Origin: an uncultured Candidatus Saccharibacteria bacterium
GTDB lineage: Bacteria > Patescibacteriota > Minisyncoccia > UBA6257 > GWB1-50-10
Direction of reading: 5' to 3'
DNA: 64,000 nt
NCBI GenBank assembly: GCA_964365955.1
Contig: CAYISA010000002.1
Coordinates: 23,329-87,328 of the forward strand
Below are positions 1-10,622 of the stretch, piece after piece; position 1 is the stretch's first letter, and every line of letters begins with the position of its first letter. The position numbers and the translations under genes were made by a program. Below the pieces are notes generated by a model. It saw only the letters and a program-made list of their open reading frames with translations, was not told where the DNA came from and ran no database searches.

Positions 1-252
1 CAGATCCGATACATGTCCGAGGATAACCACCGCATTATTCGGAAACTCCGGATTTTCAAAACCAACAGCTACAAGGATATGTACCAGACTATCGGGAGCA
101 AGATTGCAAAAAACGAGGAGGGCGACTCCATCGAATCCGTCTTGATCACCTCAAAAATCATGCTCAATCTCGAGGCAAAACTCGAAACAATGAAAGGATG
201 GGGAGATCGGTACAAAAAAGCGAAGACGGAATTTTCAGCGCATTTCTTTTAG
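1..252 (+). CDS. 3' end of a gene that begins upstream of the window (frame open to position 1); hypothetical protein
   Basis: ORF 13..252 is in frame with position 1 with no upstream stop; no recognisable motif. Confidence 0.3.
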   Translation, partial: QIRYMSEDNHRIIRKLRIFKTNSYKDMYQTIGSKIAKNEEGDSIESVLITSKIMLNLEAKLETMKGWGDRYKKAKTEFSAHFF

Positions 253-281
253 GCACTTCGAAATTTGGAATAGCTAAAGGA

Positions 282-1052
282 TTAGTTGAAGTTAAAGATC
301 AATGGAAGGTGATCTGAAACGGCGACGTTAGGAACTGCGAGCGCTTTAATAATAACATCAGGAGAAACAAGGATGTAATCAGATATTTTATCTTCCTTAG
401 TTTTTAGTAAGCGACTCCGTGTTCGAGAAATATTTTGATTTTTAACAACATTTATCATATCTTCCTCGAGTATTGCTAGACTTCTTGTGTCGGGAGACAA
501 ATTAAAATCCCCGCACAATATTTTAGAATGGTTTATAGTTTTTAAAAATCCAGAAATATTTTCTGATTGTTTAATCCGCGATGCAGAATCAACTTTTGGC
601 CACACCGAAATACCATGAAAGTTAGCGATGGTATATTTTTTTTCCCCAAAAGAAAAGGTTGCGTGCTGTACCATGCTCGGCATTACGCTTGTGTTATTTG
701 ACAGAAAATATCGGTTGCGTTCTCCGTAGGTAAAAAGGCTTCCAAATTTTTCAACATTAATTGATTTCTTTATAAAAATTGCGAGGCCAGAAGATGAAAC
801 TAGTTTGTTCTGACTCGAATAGACATCCTGCATGGTCGTAAAATCACTTCTAAAATCGGGTAGTAAATTTTTGAAAACGGCGTACATATTATATTTATTA
901 TCAAGAAGATCGGCGGTGTTAAAATGTCCAGAGAGCATTTCTTGAAAACAAAAAAAATCCGTCTCTTTGGCGTTTTTTAAAACAAACTCCCTCAATGGCT
1001 CAAATACTTTGCCCAACCAAAGGTTTAAAACAATTAACTGCATTGTATCCAA
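282..1052 (-). CDS. endonuclease/exonuclease/phosphatase (EEP) family protein
   Basis: CGDFNLSPD and C-terminal SDHLPL motifs typical of the EEP fold. Confidence 0.55.
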   Translation of the reverse strand: MDTMQLIVLNLWLGKVFEPLREFVLKNAKETDFFCFQEMLSGHFNTADLLDNKYNMYAVFKNLLPDFRSDFTTMQDVYSSQNKLVSSSGLAIFIKKSINVEKFGSLFTYGERNRYFLSNNTSVMPSMVQHATFSFGEKKYTIANFHGISVWPKVDSASRIKQSENISGFLKTINHSKILCGDFNLSPDTRSLAILEEDMINVVKNQNISRTRSRLLKTKEDKISDYILVSPDVIIKALAVPNVAVSDHLPLIFNFN

Positions 1053-1124
1053 TTTTAAGAAATTACTGTCTTGCTCTTAATCCATCGACACATGTGTTTT
1101 TTTGTTACTTGTACTTTCTAGTAT

Positions 1125-2336
1125 CTAGAAGATTCTTTCAATAGCATCTAAACAAATCTCCTTTGTAAAATGAGTGAGGGCGTATTTTAGGCCGTTTTCT
1201 CCGTAATATTTTAATCTTTCTTTTTCTAGATAGACTTGCTCGGTCAGACGGGTCATTTTTTCTTCATTATCGGAAATGGTGGCCAAGCCGCATTTTGCGT
1301 CATTCACAATTTTTATCCCGTCGCTCTTTTCGTGAAGGAAGGCCAGTACCGGAAGGCCAGCAGCCATATATCCCATAAGTTTTGCCGGAACTGCCGGGGT
1401 GGTGTTGGCACCCGTAAGTGACGCTATCCCCACATCAGCGTCCCTTAGAAGCTGTGGGTAATCCTCTTTTGAAACCGGCGGCTTAAAAATAACATTGTCC
1501 AAACCGAGTGACTGCGCGAGCGCGACTAGTTGATTCTTTTCGGAACCGTCGCCGACAAAAAGAAATGTGATATCTTTATATTTTTTTAATTTTTCTGCGA
1601 TCCGGATGAATATTTCAAGCCCCTGCGAAGGACCGAGGATGCCACCAAAAATGAAAACAAATTTATCGTGAAGCCCGTATAATTTTCTAAACTTCCCGGT
1701 TTGTTTAACTTCTTCAAAAGGTTTTATGTCTATCCAGTGAGGAATAACGCGTATCTTCTGGAGCGGCACCTTATAACGCTCATGCAAAAAATCCTTATGA
1801 GCTTCCGAGGGTGTTACGATTATGTCCGAAATGATATAGGCGCGCTTCTCCATTTTTTGGAAAAACCGGATAAGAAATTTATTCTTTAAAATACCGAGAT
1901 CCACAGCATTTTGCGGAAAGAAATCCTGAAGATTCAAAAAATATTTCGCGCCATAAAATTTTTTGACCCATTGAGCGGTGAGGGCAAGTGGTAGGGGTGG
2001 ACTGTGAACCCATACCGCATCGAGCTTGCCCGTAATGTGCTTTTTAACATGATAAAAAAATAAGTACGGGAGTATCATTTGCGCAATGCCTTTTACGATG
2101 AAATTTACATTATGGTGCCGCAATACGTTTACGCGTATTACGGTAATTCCGTCCTCCCGCATGATACCCCCAGCAACCCGTCGTGTGCCGGATGGAACAT
2201 TCTGCTCTGCAGGGCGTGACGTTACCACAAACACTTCATATCCCCGCTCTTTAAGTCCGTCGGCCATCTCTTTCATTAAATGCGAGGAGGAGCGTGTTTC
2301 TGGCGGATAGGAGTCGGTGACGATTAAAACGCGCAT
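1125..2336 (-). CDS. glycosyltransferase family 4 (GT-B, group 1)
   Basis: N-terminus MRVLIVTDSYPP... and C-terminal GT4 region (GGILGPSQG..., LPVLA). Confidence 0.8.
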   Translation of the reverse strand: MRVLIVTDSYPPETRSSSHLMKEMADGLKERGYEVFVVTSRPAEQNVPSGTRRVAGGIMREDGITVIRVNVLRHHNVNFIVKGIAQMILPYLFFYHVKKHITGKLDAVWVHSPPLPLALTAQWVKKFYGAKYFLNLQDFFPQNAVDLGILKNKFLIRFFQKMEKRAYIISDIIVTPSEAHKDFLHERYKVPLQKIRVIPHWIDIKPFEEVKQTGKFRKLYGLHDKFVFIFGGILGPSQGLEIFIRIAEKLKKYKDITFLFVGDGSEKNQLVALAQSLGLDNVIFKPPVSKEDYPQLLRDADVGIASLTGANTTPAVPAKLMGYMAAGLPVLAFLHEKSDGIKIVNDAKCGLATISDNEEKMTRLTEQVYLEKERLKYYGENGLKYALTHFTKEICLDAIERIF

Positions 2337-2341
2337 ACTAT

Positions 2342-3130
2342 TTATATTCCTGATAATCCGTAGATTTTAGCATCAACCAGAAATCTATACCAAAAACCGT
2401 GTAAAAAATGGAAGATGAATCCGGCTTTACCATCAAGAAAACCGAGCCGGAAAAAATAGCGGTAAATAAAATAACAAAAAACGCGCAAGAACGGCGGAAG
2501 CTGATAGTAAAAATTCCTTTTTTCGCCCATGCCATATTCCCCGGCTTTAACTTCTTCGGCTTCTCGTGAAGCGTAATTTTTGTGTTTTAGGATCCAATTC
2601 TTGAGGTCTTTTTTATTATTATCAATAAAATCGTTGTTTAATCTTCGACTTTCGTCCTCAAGGAGAATGATGTGCTCGTCCATTTTTCTTTCTTCCGACC
2701 GTCCTTTCCCTTTTCGCCAAAGGCGTAAAAACCAGATTGGATAGTATCCACCGTGCTTAATCCACCGGCCCATGAAATAAAATCTGCGTTTCATGTAGAA
2801 GCCCGATATTTCCTTACCTGCCTTCGGCAGGAATTCTAAAATTTCATCCTTGAGTTCCGGCAAAATCTCCTCATCGGCGTCCAATTTCAAAATCCAATCG
2901 CTTGTAATGGCTAAATTATCGAGCCCCCAGTTGAATTGGTCGGCTTGGTTTTTAAAATCATGGGCATAAACTTGGGCGCTATATTTTTTTGCAATTTCTA
3001 AAGTTCTATCGGTACTGTGCGAATCGACGATAAAAATTTCTTGCGCTAAACCAGTAATGCTCTTCAGGCATTTTTCGAGATTTTCTTCTTCATTAAAAGT
3101 CAAAATAATGACTGAAATTGATGACTTCAC
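2342..3130 (-). CDS. glycosyltransferase family 2
   Basis: VIILTFNEEENLEKCL...IFIVDSHSTDRT GT-A signature; DAD-like motif. Confidence 0.8.
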   Translation of the reverse strand: MKSSISVIILTFNEEENLEKCLKSITGLAQEIFIVDSHSTDRTLEIAKKYSAQVYAHDFKNQADQFNWGLDNLAITSDWILKLDADEEILPELKDEILEFLPKAGKEISGFYMKRRFYFMGRWIKHGGYYPIWFLRLWRKGKGRSEERKMDEHIILLEDESRRLNNDFIDNNKKDLKNWILKHKNYASREAEEVKAGEYGMGEKRNFYYQLPPFLRVFCYFIYRYFFRLGFLDGKAGFIFHFLHGFWYRFLVDAKIYGLSGI

Positions 3131-3774
3131 AATTTTTTAGCGAAAACAATCAAATGGGCGCCCAGGGATGGAAAAATATCGCCTAGAATTTCGAAAACTC
3201 TGCCCAATTTATTTCGTCGTGTTGAAAAAAGAATATGTGTGGAAACGAGTTTCAAGACCTTTAAATTTCCTTCTTTGAACATGCTGGCGAGTGTCTTTCT
3301 GTTATACATATGGTAGTGATAGGGAGCGTAAGCAAAATACTTAGGCACCTGTCCGAACAACATCAAAAAACGGTTGGGGCCAAAAACTAAATTGGGCACG
3401 GTGATTATTAAAATGCCATCCGGCCTAAGCGCTTCGCGGCAATGCTGCAAAAAAGCGGAGTCGTCAAACAAATGCTCCATTACTTCGCCCGCAAAAATTA
3501 TGTCGAACTTAACGCCGAAATCAGGAATACCTTTATTTAAATCTGACTGGATTATCTTTATGCCGTTAATCTCTCTGGGGTTAACATCAACGCCAAAACA
3601 TCGCACCCCTTCCTTTTTCAGCATATCGGCAAGCCCCCCCTTCGCCACGCCACATTCAAGGAGATTAAGATTTCGCAAATCCTTAAAATATTCGGTGATA
3701 AAATTATACGCTTTTTTGATCCTTATCGGATCTGGAACCTCGAAATGCTCAAAAACTTCCTGTTTTTTGTCCAT
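3127..3774 (-). CDS. class I SAM-dependent methyltransferase
   Basis: LLECGVAKGG...GVDVNPREI motif I/II; 4-nt overlap with the neighbouring gene. Confidence 0.75.
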   Translation of the reverse strand: MDKKQEVFEHFEVPDPIRIKKAYNFITEYFKDLRNLNLLECGVAKGGLADMLKKEGVRCFGVDVNPREINGIKIIQSDLNKGIPDFGVKFDIIFAGEVMEHLFDDSAFLQHCREALRPDGILIITVPNLVFGPNRFLMLFGQVPKYFAYAPYHYHMYNRKTLASMFKEGNLKVLKLVSTHILFSTRRNKLGRVFEILGDIFPSLGAHLIVFAKKL

Positions 3775-3918
3775 AACTTTTGATTAAATCATTATAAACT
3801 TGAATCCATTTTTTCGCTATTTCCCGACTTAACTTTCAAGATGTTCTTCTCAATAAGGATGTTCAAGATCAAGCCCTGTCTTTTTGGATGCTTTGATACA
3901 GCACCTCGCGACAATCAT

Positions 3919-4883
3919 CTATAAGATTTTTTGTATATAAAGAGAGGAGGGAAAGTGCCGACCCTCAATGTTTCCACTCCTCAGTCCAAAATCATTCTCC
4001 TGTGGCTTATAACCAGAAAGGAGTTTCTCGAATTCACTGGGGACTGCGTAATGTAGCATACTTAATGACGTGCGTATGACATAGTGTGCGTTCCCGATTA
4101 AAAACGCGTGCAGCAATACACTCTCATTAGAGAAAAAGAGACCGTCTGACATTAAAGCTCTTTTATAATCATACGGGAAATAAATGTCGTGGAAATGCAC
4201 ATAAACACCTTTCGCAAGACGCGATAGCACTTCCAAAATAATGAGATTTACTTCGCTACCAGGTTTCACAGTATGGGTAGAATCAATAAACAAAAGGTCC
4301 CCTTCTCCTAGAGTAAGATATACATCCAAAGGAACACTCTGTGTTTTCTCCTGGTGCAAGGAAATGATATTTTTTTCGCGATCTCCCGCAAAAACTGCGT
4401 AGGATATGGATCAATGCAAATAATATCGCATTTAAAATCGAACTTTTTCATCGCTTGAAGCATCACCGCGGTGGAAAGTCCCGCTCCGACCTGAATAACC
4501 TTGTGGGGGCGTGCAAAACCGAGAAAACAAAATAGAAAATCGGACTCTACCGGACCAAAGCCTGCATCTCCGTTCATACGACAAGCCTCAAGAAAAACAT
4601 TTTCTTCGGACAACATCTGTGCCTTCCCGTTGCAACAACTTTTCGCAAAATCTAGTTGGGCATCCATGTCAGACCCCAGCACACCCACCATTGTACGTGG
4701 ATTCTTCCACGTCGATTCTTGTTTAAGTTCACGAATATCGGGTATTTCAGAATAAAAATGGCGAGGTAATATATCGAATCCTAAATATTGGGCCGCTTCA
4801 AAAAATTTCCTGAGTCCTTTTTTTAACCCCTCCTTAAGGGCTCTTTTACTTTTCTTCATAAGAAATTGTCCTTGTGTGTGCAC
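3919..4883 (-). pseudogene. class I SAM-dependent methyltransferase split into two frames by a frameshift at an A7/T7 homopolymer (4370-4376)
   Basis: ORFs 4308..4883 and 3919..4359 overlap in different frames. Adding one A to the coding-strand A7 tract fuses them into one ~320-aa protein (...REIAKKNIISLHQEKTQ...LLFIDSTHT...). VIQVGAGLSTAV is MTase motif I. Confidence 0.5.
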
Positions 4884-6043
4884 TTACTATATTCTTCTAT
4901 AAATCTTTCGGCAATTTTATTATAAGAATATTTCATCGCGACAAGTGCACGTCCCCGCTCTCCCATCTTTTTGCCTTCCACCGGGTCACCGAGTATTTTC
5001 AAAATTGCATCTGCAAGAGCCCTGTCGTCTTTAGGGACCACAAGCCCCGCTTTCGCCTCCAAAACGTCGGAACCAATCGCGACGCCCTCTGTCACAACCA
5101 CGGGGACACTCGCCGCCATTGCTTGCCCAAGTGCTACACCAAAATTTTCAGAATAAGAACCGAGTACAAACACGTCCGTATCGACGAATGCTTCTGCGCG
5201 TTCTATTCCCTCCAATGGTCCGGTGAATAGAATACTCGTCTCAAGCTGGTATTTCGCAATAAGTTGCATAATTGTCGCTTTATATCCTTCATCCGACCAT
5301 ACTGCGATAACGAGTATTGCACCGGGGTTCTTTTCGTGTACACGCCCAAAGGCGGGAATGAGTGTATCAAAACCTTTTTTCCATCCAATCCTGCCATGAT
5401 ACAGAATCACTTCCCTCTCTGGAGATATACCAAGTCGCTTCTTAAACCTTCCTGCGGAAACAACCTTTTTTTTATCAACATCAATGCCGTTCGGAATCAC
5501 AATACTGCGCTTGATTGGAAAGTTCTTTGTCCTGTACTCTTTCTCTTCCTTGGGGGCTGTAAAATGAATTGCCGAAGCATTCTTAAGATTATTTTTCTCA
5601 ATAAACTTGAGGTAGAACGTTTTCTTTAGCGAGCTCTTTTTTGTTAATGGATCAATCATTAAGCTTCCACGCGGAGAGATAATATAAGGCTTTCCACATT
5701 TCTTAGCATAATATGCGCCCAAAGTAGATGCGGCCAGAAATACCGAGGTGACATGAACTATGTCAAACTCTTTACAGTGTTCTCTTAGGGCTTTGTGCAT
5801 CGTCCGAGAATAAAACCAAGATCGCGGGAATGAGATCGGAAAGTACACAACCTTTACGCCGTCCTGTTCTACCGGCGTCTCCAGGGGCACGTCGAGCGTG
5901 CCTCTGCCATCGGCGTTCGTGGCATAAACCGTAACGTCGACACCCGCTCGTACAAGCCATTTATTGAGTGTATGAACGCTTGAGATCGGTCCGCCATAGC
6001 GGTAGGCCGGAGTATACGCCGGGGTTATATGGAGAATTTTCAT
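4856..6043 (-). CDS. glycosyltransferase family 4
   Basis: MKILHITPAYTPAYRYGGP... and C-terminal EGFGVALGQAMAASVPVV motif. Confidence 0.8.
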   Translation of the reverse strand: MKILHITPAYTPAYRYGGPISSVHTLNKWLVRAGVDVTVYATNADGRGTLDVPLETPVEQDGVKVVYFPISFPRSWFYSRTMHKALREHCKEFDIVHVTSVFLAASTLGAYYAKKCGKPYIISPRGSLMIDPLTKKSSLKKTFYLKFIEKNNLKNASAIHFTAPKEEKEYRTKNFPIKRSIVIPNGIDVDKKKVVSAGRFKKRLGISPEREVILYHGRIGWKKGFDTLIPAFGRVHEKNPGAILVIAVWSDEGYKATIMQLIAKYQLETSILFTGPLEGIERAEAFVDTDVFVLGSYSENFGVALGQAMAASVPVVVTEGVAIGSDVLEAKAGLVVPKDDRALADAILKILGDPVEGKKMGERGRALVAMKYSYNKIAERFIEEYSKCTHKDNFL

Positions 6044-6090
6044 TACAAAATGATTTTAACAGCATCTGATGAGTTCGCAATGCGGTGCTC

Positions 6091-6813
6091 CTAATCCATT
6101 TTATTTTTCGACAGATGACGTTCTACTTCCCGATACTTATCCATCGTGTCGATTCCTTTGGAATATTCATCACATTCATAACCGTAGAAATTCTTCCCTT
6201 TTCTGACGATTTCCGGCAAAAGTTCTTTACCGATTTCGTAAGAAATGCCTAGCGGCACAAAATTCAAGATTTCCTTTTTGAGAATAAAAACACCTCGCAT
6301 CCTGTACGCGTTCGGATATTTTTCGGTGTGAGGCTTCGGATGGATCTTCATAAACCGACCGTTCTGATTGAGCTCGGCAATGTCTGCATCCGCGTAATCA
6401 CCTGTCTTTCCCACGCGCTGGATGCCAATAGGATCTTTAAGCTTATCAAAAAAATCGGCCATTGTCGTATAATCAACCAAACTTATCATATCGCCATAGA
6501 TCAGAAAGAACTCGACATCTAATTTGTTTTCAAATTGTTTCACGCCGCCTGCAGTCCCCAAGATGGCGGACTCGAAAACGTAGTTGATTTTAACGCCAAA
6601 CTTGGAGCCGTCTCCAAAATAATTCCGAATCACATCCGGCAAATAATGGAGATTTATGAAAAATTCCGTAACCCCGTGCTTTTTGAACTGCTCGATGTTC
6701 CACTCGAGCATCGGCTTCCCTAAAAGTGGAATCATTGGCTTCGGGATAGTATCGGTAAGTGGCCTTAACCTTGTGCCCAAGCCCGCAGAGAGAATAACGG
6801 CTTGTTTTAACAT
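6091..6813 (-). CDS. hddC: sugar-phosphate nucleotidyltransferase, probably D-glycero-alpha-D-manno-heptose 1-phosphate guanylyltransferase (HddC-like)
   Basis: AVILSAGLGTRLRPLT...KPM nucleotidyltransferase signature; sits next to gmhB, gmhA and hddA. Confidence 0.65.
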   Translation of the reverse strand: MLKQAVILSAGLGTRLRPLTDTIPKPMIPLLGKPMLEWNIEQFKKHGVTEFFINLHYLPDVIRNYFGDGSKFGVKINYVFESAILGTAGGVKQFENKLDVEFFLIYGDMISLVDYTTMADFFDKLKDPIGIQRVGKTGDYADADIAELNQNGRFMKIHPKPHTEKYPNAYRMRGVFILKKEILNFVPLGISYEIGKELLPEIVRKGKNFYGYECDEYSKGIDTMDKYREVERHLSKNKMD

Positions 6814-7409
6814 TTATTTTTTATTATTTTTACTGCTTCGATCAAATTTTTCGCCTTAAAATCCGGTCGTACTTTATTTTCATAGATTCTATCTAACCGG
6901 GAATGACCCGGCCCAGTCTTAACCAGAATCGTCTTTAATCCCGCCCGTTTCCCGGAAACAACGTCGATAACAGAATCTCCAATCATAAAGCTCTTTCGGG
7001 GGTCAATGTTAAATTTTTTAATAGCTTGTTTTAACATTCCGGGGCTCGGTTTCCTGCAAAAACAAACTACCCGATATTTTTTTAATGTCGCTTCCGGATG
7101 ATGTGGGCAAAAATAGAATGCATCGATATGGGCCTTTGAACGCTTGAATCTTTTAATTAAGATTTCATGAAGATCGTCGATGCCTTTTGGTGTAATTAAA
7201 CCGCGGGCCACTACCGGCTGATTTGTCACTACAATCACTAAGAAACCGAGCTTGTTAAACTTGTTTATCGTCTCTGCGGCACGTGGAAGCAGGCGTAATT
7301 GCGAGGGCTTCGTTACTAAATCTTCAAACTTGATGATGGTGCCGTCGCGATCAAGGAAAATCGCTCTACGCAATTTTTGTTTTTTGAACCGATTCCCATT
7401 TTCCTTCAT
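6807..7409 (-). CDS. gmhB: D,D-heptose 1,7-bisphosphate phosphatase (HAD-IIIA, GmhB-like)
   Basis: AIFLDRDGTI, VVTNQPVVARG, CPHHPE...CFCRKP zinc-binding loop; start moved to Met10 of the ORF. Confidence 0.7.
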   Translation of the reverse strand: MKENGNRFKKQKLRRAIFLDRDGTIIKFEDLVTKPSQLRLLPRAAETINKFNKLGFLVIVVTNQPVVARGLITPKGIDDLHEILIKRFKRSKAHIDAFYFCPHHPEATLKKYRVVCFCRKPSPGMLKQAIKKFNIDPRKSFMIGDSVIDVVSGKRAGLKTILVKTGPGHSRLDRIYENKVRPDFKAKNLIEAVKIIKNKC

Positions 7410-7983
7410 TGGTTCTGAATTTTGGATGTGAAACAATCAAATGCCACAGCACCGCCTGGAAAGATTCGGTATGAGGAGTGACGTTCTCGACGTTTACCAC
7501 GGGCACCACAACACAGGCATCAGCAACGGTCTTAGTATACCCCCCGTCGCGCCCTACAATGCCTACCACTTTTGCGCCAATTGATTTCGCAAGTTTCAAA
7601 GACTCCACAATGTTCATGCTAACGTTTTTTTCGGCATTGCCTCCGCCGACAGAAAATACCATAAGCGCGTCCCTAATATTCAATTTGCTTCCTAAAAGCC
7701 AGTTGGCAAAAACCGTGTGCCATCCATCATCGTTTACCCGGGCCGTGAGCTCCGAGACATTATCGGTGGGTGTGTACGTCTCAATGCCCGTAAGTTTTCT
7801 GAAGTCATTTACCGCATGGCTTGCATGCCCCGCTCCGCCACCAACGCCAATGATAAAAAGCCGTCCACCGCCAGTTCGCACATTGTTTAAAATCTCTATC
7901 ATTTTATTCAAAGGTTCGCGGTCAATTTTTTCCGCAATTTCCTTCACTTCATCTAAATAAGATTTTATGTAGTCGTAGTACAT
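7366..7983 (-). CDS. gmhA: phosphoheptose isomerase (SIS domain, GmhA-like)
   Basis: SIS motif GGRLFIIGVGGGAGHASHAVND; pathway context. Confidence 0.7.
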   Translation of the reverse strand: MYYDYIKSYLDEVKEIAEKIDREPLNKMIEILNNVRTGGGRLFIIGVGGGAGHASHAVNDFRKLTGIETYTPTDNVSELTARVNDDGWHTVFANWLLGSKLNIRDALMVFSVGGGNAEKNVSMNIVESLKLAKSIGAKVVGIVGRDGGYTKTVADACVVVPVVNVENVTPHTESFQAVLWHLIVSHPKFRTNEGKWESVQKTKIA

Positions 7984-7998
7984 TTCAAATTTCTCTAG

Positions 7999-8745
7999 TT
8001 ATGCTTCATACAGCGTGTAGCCGGCCTTTTGCCCATCGTCGTAAAACATTTTGACGGTGTCCAAGGAGAGTTCGTGATGGTCATATCCGACTTTCTCCAA
8101 TTTCTTCAAAATGTCGGAAGTGACGGTAACTATTTCACACCCTACTTCATCGGCGTGGTAAATATCCAAAAGCTGTCTCGGACTTGCCCATAACAGTTCG
8201 CACCGAGAAACCTGCGAGGTGATTGCTTTTGCTTCTTTCATGATGGGGGTGGGGTTTACTCCGGTATCGGCGATGCGACCAGCAAAAACGGAAATAATTG
8301 AGGGCGTCTTGGGTGAGAGCGCGCGAACAATGTGCGCTACTTGAGAAACGGTAAGTATTGCGGTTACGTTTAATTTTATCTCTTCTCCCACAAGTTTTTT
8401 TACAAGATCAAATGAAGATTCTTTTTTGGTATTGGTGATCGGTATTTTAACATAAACGTTAGGCGCCCAAGAATTTATGATTCGCGCCTGCCGCTCCATT
8501 TCGTTAAAGTCGTCGGAGAACACCTCAAATGAGATTGGCTTGTCTCTTATAACTCCTAAAATATCTTTTGCAAAAGAAGCATAATCGGTGATGCCCGCCT
8601 TCCTCATTAACGTAGGGTTGGTGGTAAATCCCTTAATATGAGGCTCTTTGGCCAAAGCGACCATTCCTTCTTTTTCAGCTCCATCCGCAAAAATCTTGAT
8701 TTTTAGCTCGTGGGCTTTCTTCGGCATTTTGTAATAATTAAACAA
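7999..8745 (-). CDS. transaldolase / fructose-6-phosphate aldolase family protein
   Basis: GFTTNPTL and ...VKIP... motifs of the MipB/TalC family; could supply sedoheptulose-7-P. Confidence 0.65.
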   Translation of the reverse strand: MFNYYKMPKKAHELKIKIFADGAEKEGMVALAKEPHIKGFTTNPTLMRKAGITDYASFAKDILGVIRDKPISFEVFSDDFNEMERQARIINSWAPNVYVKIPITNTKKESSFDLVKKLVGEEIKLNVTAILTVSQVAHIVRALSPKTPSIISVFAGRIADTGVNPTPIMKEAKAITSQVSRCELLWASPRQLLDIYHADEVGCEIVTVTSDILKKLEKVGYDHHELSLDTVKMFYDDGQKAGYTLYEA

Positions 8746-8763
8746 AAATTAAAAGAAGTCAAC

Positions 8764-9789
8764 TCACCGCTCCCTTGCAAGCCAAATTGGTTTTTTAGTT
8801 TTTGAAGATTCATAAACCGCGGCTATAATCCTATTTGCTTCAAGGCCGTCTTTTGCATCGCCAATAATTTTCCCTTTACCCTGTAGCGCCGATAAAAAAT
8901 TCTTCCATTCTTCTACCCAACTTACGTCTTTCTGAAATTTGAAAATTTTTATTTTCGGTACACCGAATTTTTTAGGTCTTCGACCGAAAACCAATGTTTC
9001 CTCTCCATAACTACCGCCCTTGCCATCAACGGCAAGAAATCCCCTGTCGCCAAAAAGTTCAAAAGAAAATATGTTCTTCCAATTCGTTGTACTCACGTGA
9101 AACGAGGCGGTAACAGTCTTATTTTTCATCAGTACGAAAGTATTATCGTCCAACTTTGTCTTCCAAAATTTTGTTTCTGCAAGACCGTAAACCTCATTAA
9201 AATCGCCGGCAAACCAACGACACAAATCAATGATATGAACGCCTTGATCCAAAAGCTCGCCACCTCCGGAAATATTCTTTTGAAACCGCCATTCTTTCTC
9301 CATTCCCAAGCGACCACCATGGCCATAGCGCGCTCTGATAAAAAGTAGCTTGCCTATCTGACCTTGATCAAAAATTTTCTTCGCCTCTCGAATTGCCGCA
9401 TGAAAACGGTGGTTAAATCCCACTTGAATTAATCTTTTATATTTTTTACCAGCATCAAAAATCTTCTTGGCCTCATCAAAATTCCGGCCAAAAGGTTTTT
9501 CACACAAAAGATGTTTTCCATTTTTGAGCGCAGCCATGGCAATCGGCATCAAAAACTTGTTGGGTGTAGCAATAATGACCACATCAATTTTTTGATCCTT
9601 CACCAAATCCTGCCAGCGACGATATGATTTGCACTTATAATTCTGACTCAGGCTTAAGGCGCGATTCCAGTCAATATCTGCTACAGCCAAAAGACGGGTA
9701 CCACCTACATGTTTTAAGGCCTCGGCACGTTTATTGCCAATTAGTCCAGCGCCTACAATCCCTACATTGATAATCCGTCTTCCTTTCAT
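8764..9789 (-). CDS. Gfo/Idh/MocA family NAD(P)-dependent oxidoreductase
   Basis: N-terminal Rossmann INVGIVGAGLIG...; EKP motif (LLCEKPF). Confidence 0.8.
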   Translation of the reverse strand: MKGRRIINVGIVGAGLIGNKRAEALKHVGGTRLLAVADIDWNRALSLSQNYKCKSYRRWQDLVKDQKIDVVIIATPNKFLMPIAMAALKNGKHLLCEKPFGRNFDEAKKIFDAGKKYKRLIQVGFNHRFHAAIREAKKIFDQGQIGKLLFIRARYGHGGRLGMEKEWRFQKNISGGGELLDQGVHIIDLCRWFAGDFNEVYGLAETKFWKTKLDDNTFVLMKNKTVTASFHVSTTNWKNIFSFELFGDRGFLAVDGKGGSYGEETLVFGRRPKKFGVPKIKIFKFQKDVSWVEEWKNFLSALQGKGKIIGDAKDGLEANRIIAAVYESSKTKKPIWLARER

Positions 9790-9793
9790 AATT

Positions 9794-10621
9794 TTATTTA
9801 ATTCTCCGGAGAGTAAGTTTGTCGCTTTTCATTATCTTTTTTAAATCGCTCTTCCGCCAACCCTGCCAGTCGTCCCAAACGGCGCTGATCAAGCGGCCAC
9901 TAAGTGGTTTGGATTTATCGGAGGCAAGAAAAAGTACAAGTTCCGCAGCTTTTTCAGGGGGCGCACCACCGATTTTCGACCTCTTTTTAGCCGAAGCTAG
10001 CTCTTCCGCGCCAGCTCTTGCTCCGGCACGTAAAACCTCTTTTAGCATTTTTGTATTGACCGCACCCGGCGCAATCGCATTGACCCGGATTCTGTATTTT
10101 TTTAATTCATCAGCTAGAATTTCTGTAAATCTCACAACGCCGGTTTTGGCAACAGCATAGGCGGAAAAATTGGTACGCGAAGAAGTACTGCCGCCACCTG
10201 AAAAATTGATAATGCTTCCTGATCTCCTTTTTATCATCGCCGGCAAAATTAGCTGACAAAGAAATACTGTCCCCAAGAGATTGACTTCCAGATTCTTGCG
10301 CCATTGCCCTAAATCATTTTCAACAAACGAGCCGATGGGTTCCTGAATGCCGGCGGCATTCACAAGTACGTCTATAAAACCATATTTTTTCTGAATGCCA
10401 CGAACCACTTGCGAAGTTTCGTTGAGGTTGGAAATATTAACTGTTTTGAAATCTACTAAACCACCTTCTTTTTTAATCTTGTAAGCCACTATTTTCAATA
10501 ATCTCCGGGAACGACCAAGAATAATTACCTTGGCACCCGCGCGGCAAAAATAATCTGCGATAACCGAACCAATACCCCCGCTTCCACCGGCAATCAAAAC
10601 TACCTTATTTCTAAAATTCAT
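9794..10621 (-). CDS. SDR family oxidoreductase
   Basis: VVLIAGGSGGIG Rossmann motif; YAVAK catalytic motif. Confidence 0.8.
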   Translation of the reverse strand: MNFRNKVVLIAGGSGGIGSVIADYFCRAGAKVIILGRSRRLLKIVAYKIKKEGGLVDFKTVNISNLNETSQVVRGIQKKYGFIDVLVNAAGIQEPIGSFVENDLGQWRKNLEVNLLGTVFLCQLILPAMIKRRSGSIINFSGGGSTSSRTNFSAYAVAKTGVVRFTEILADELKKYRIRVNAIAPGAVNTKMLKEVLRAGARAGAEELASAKKRSKIGGAPPEKAAELVLFLASDKSKPLSGRLISAVWDDWQGWRKSDLKKIMKSDKLTLRRIK

Positions 10622-10622
10622 C

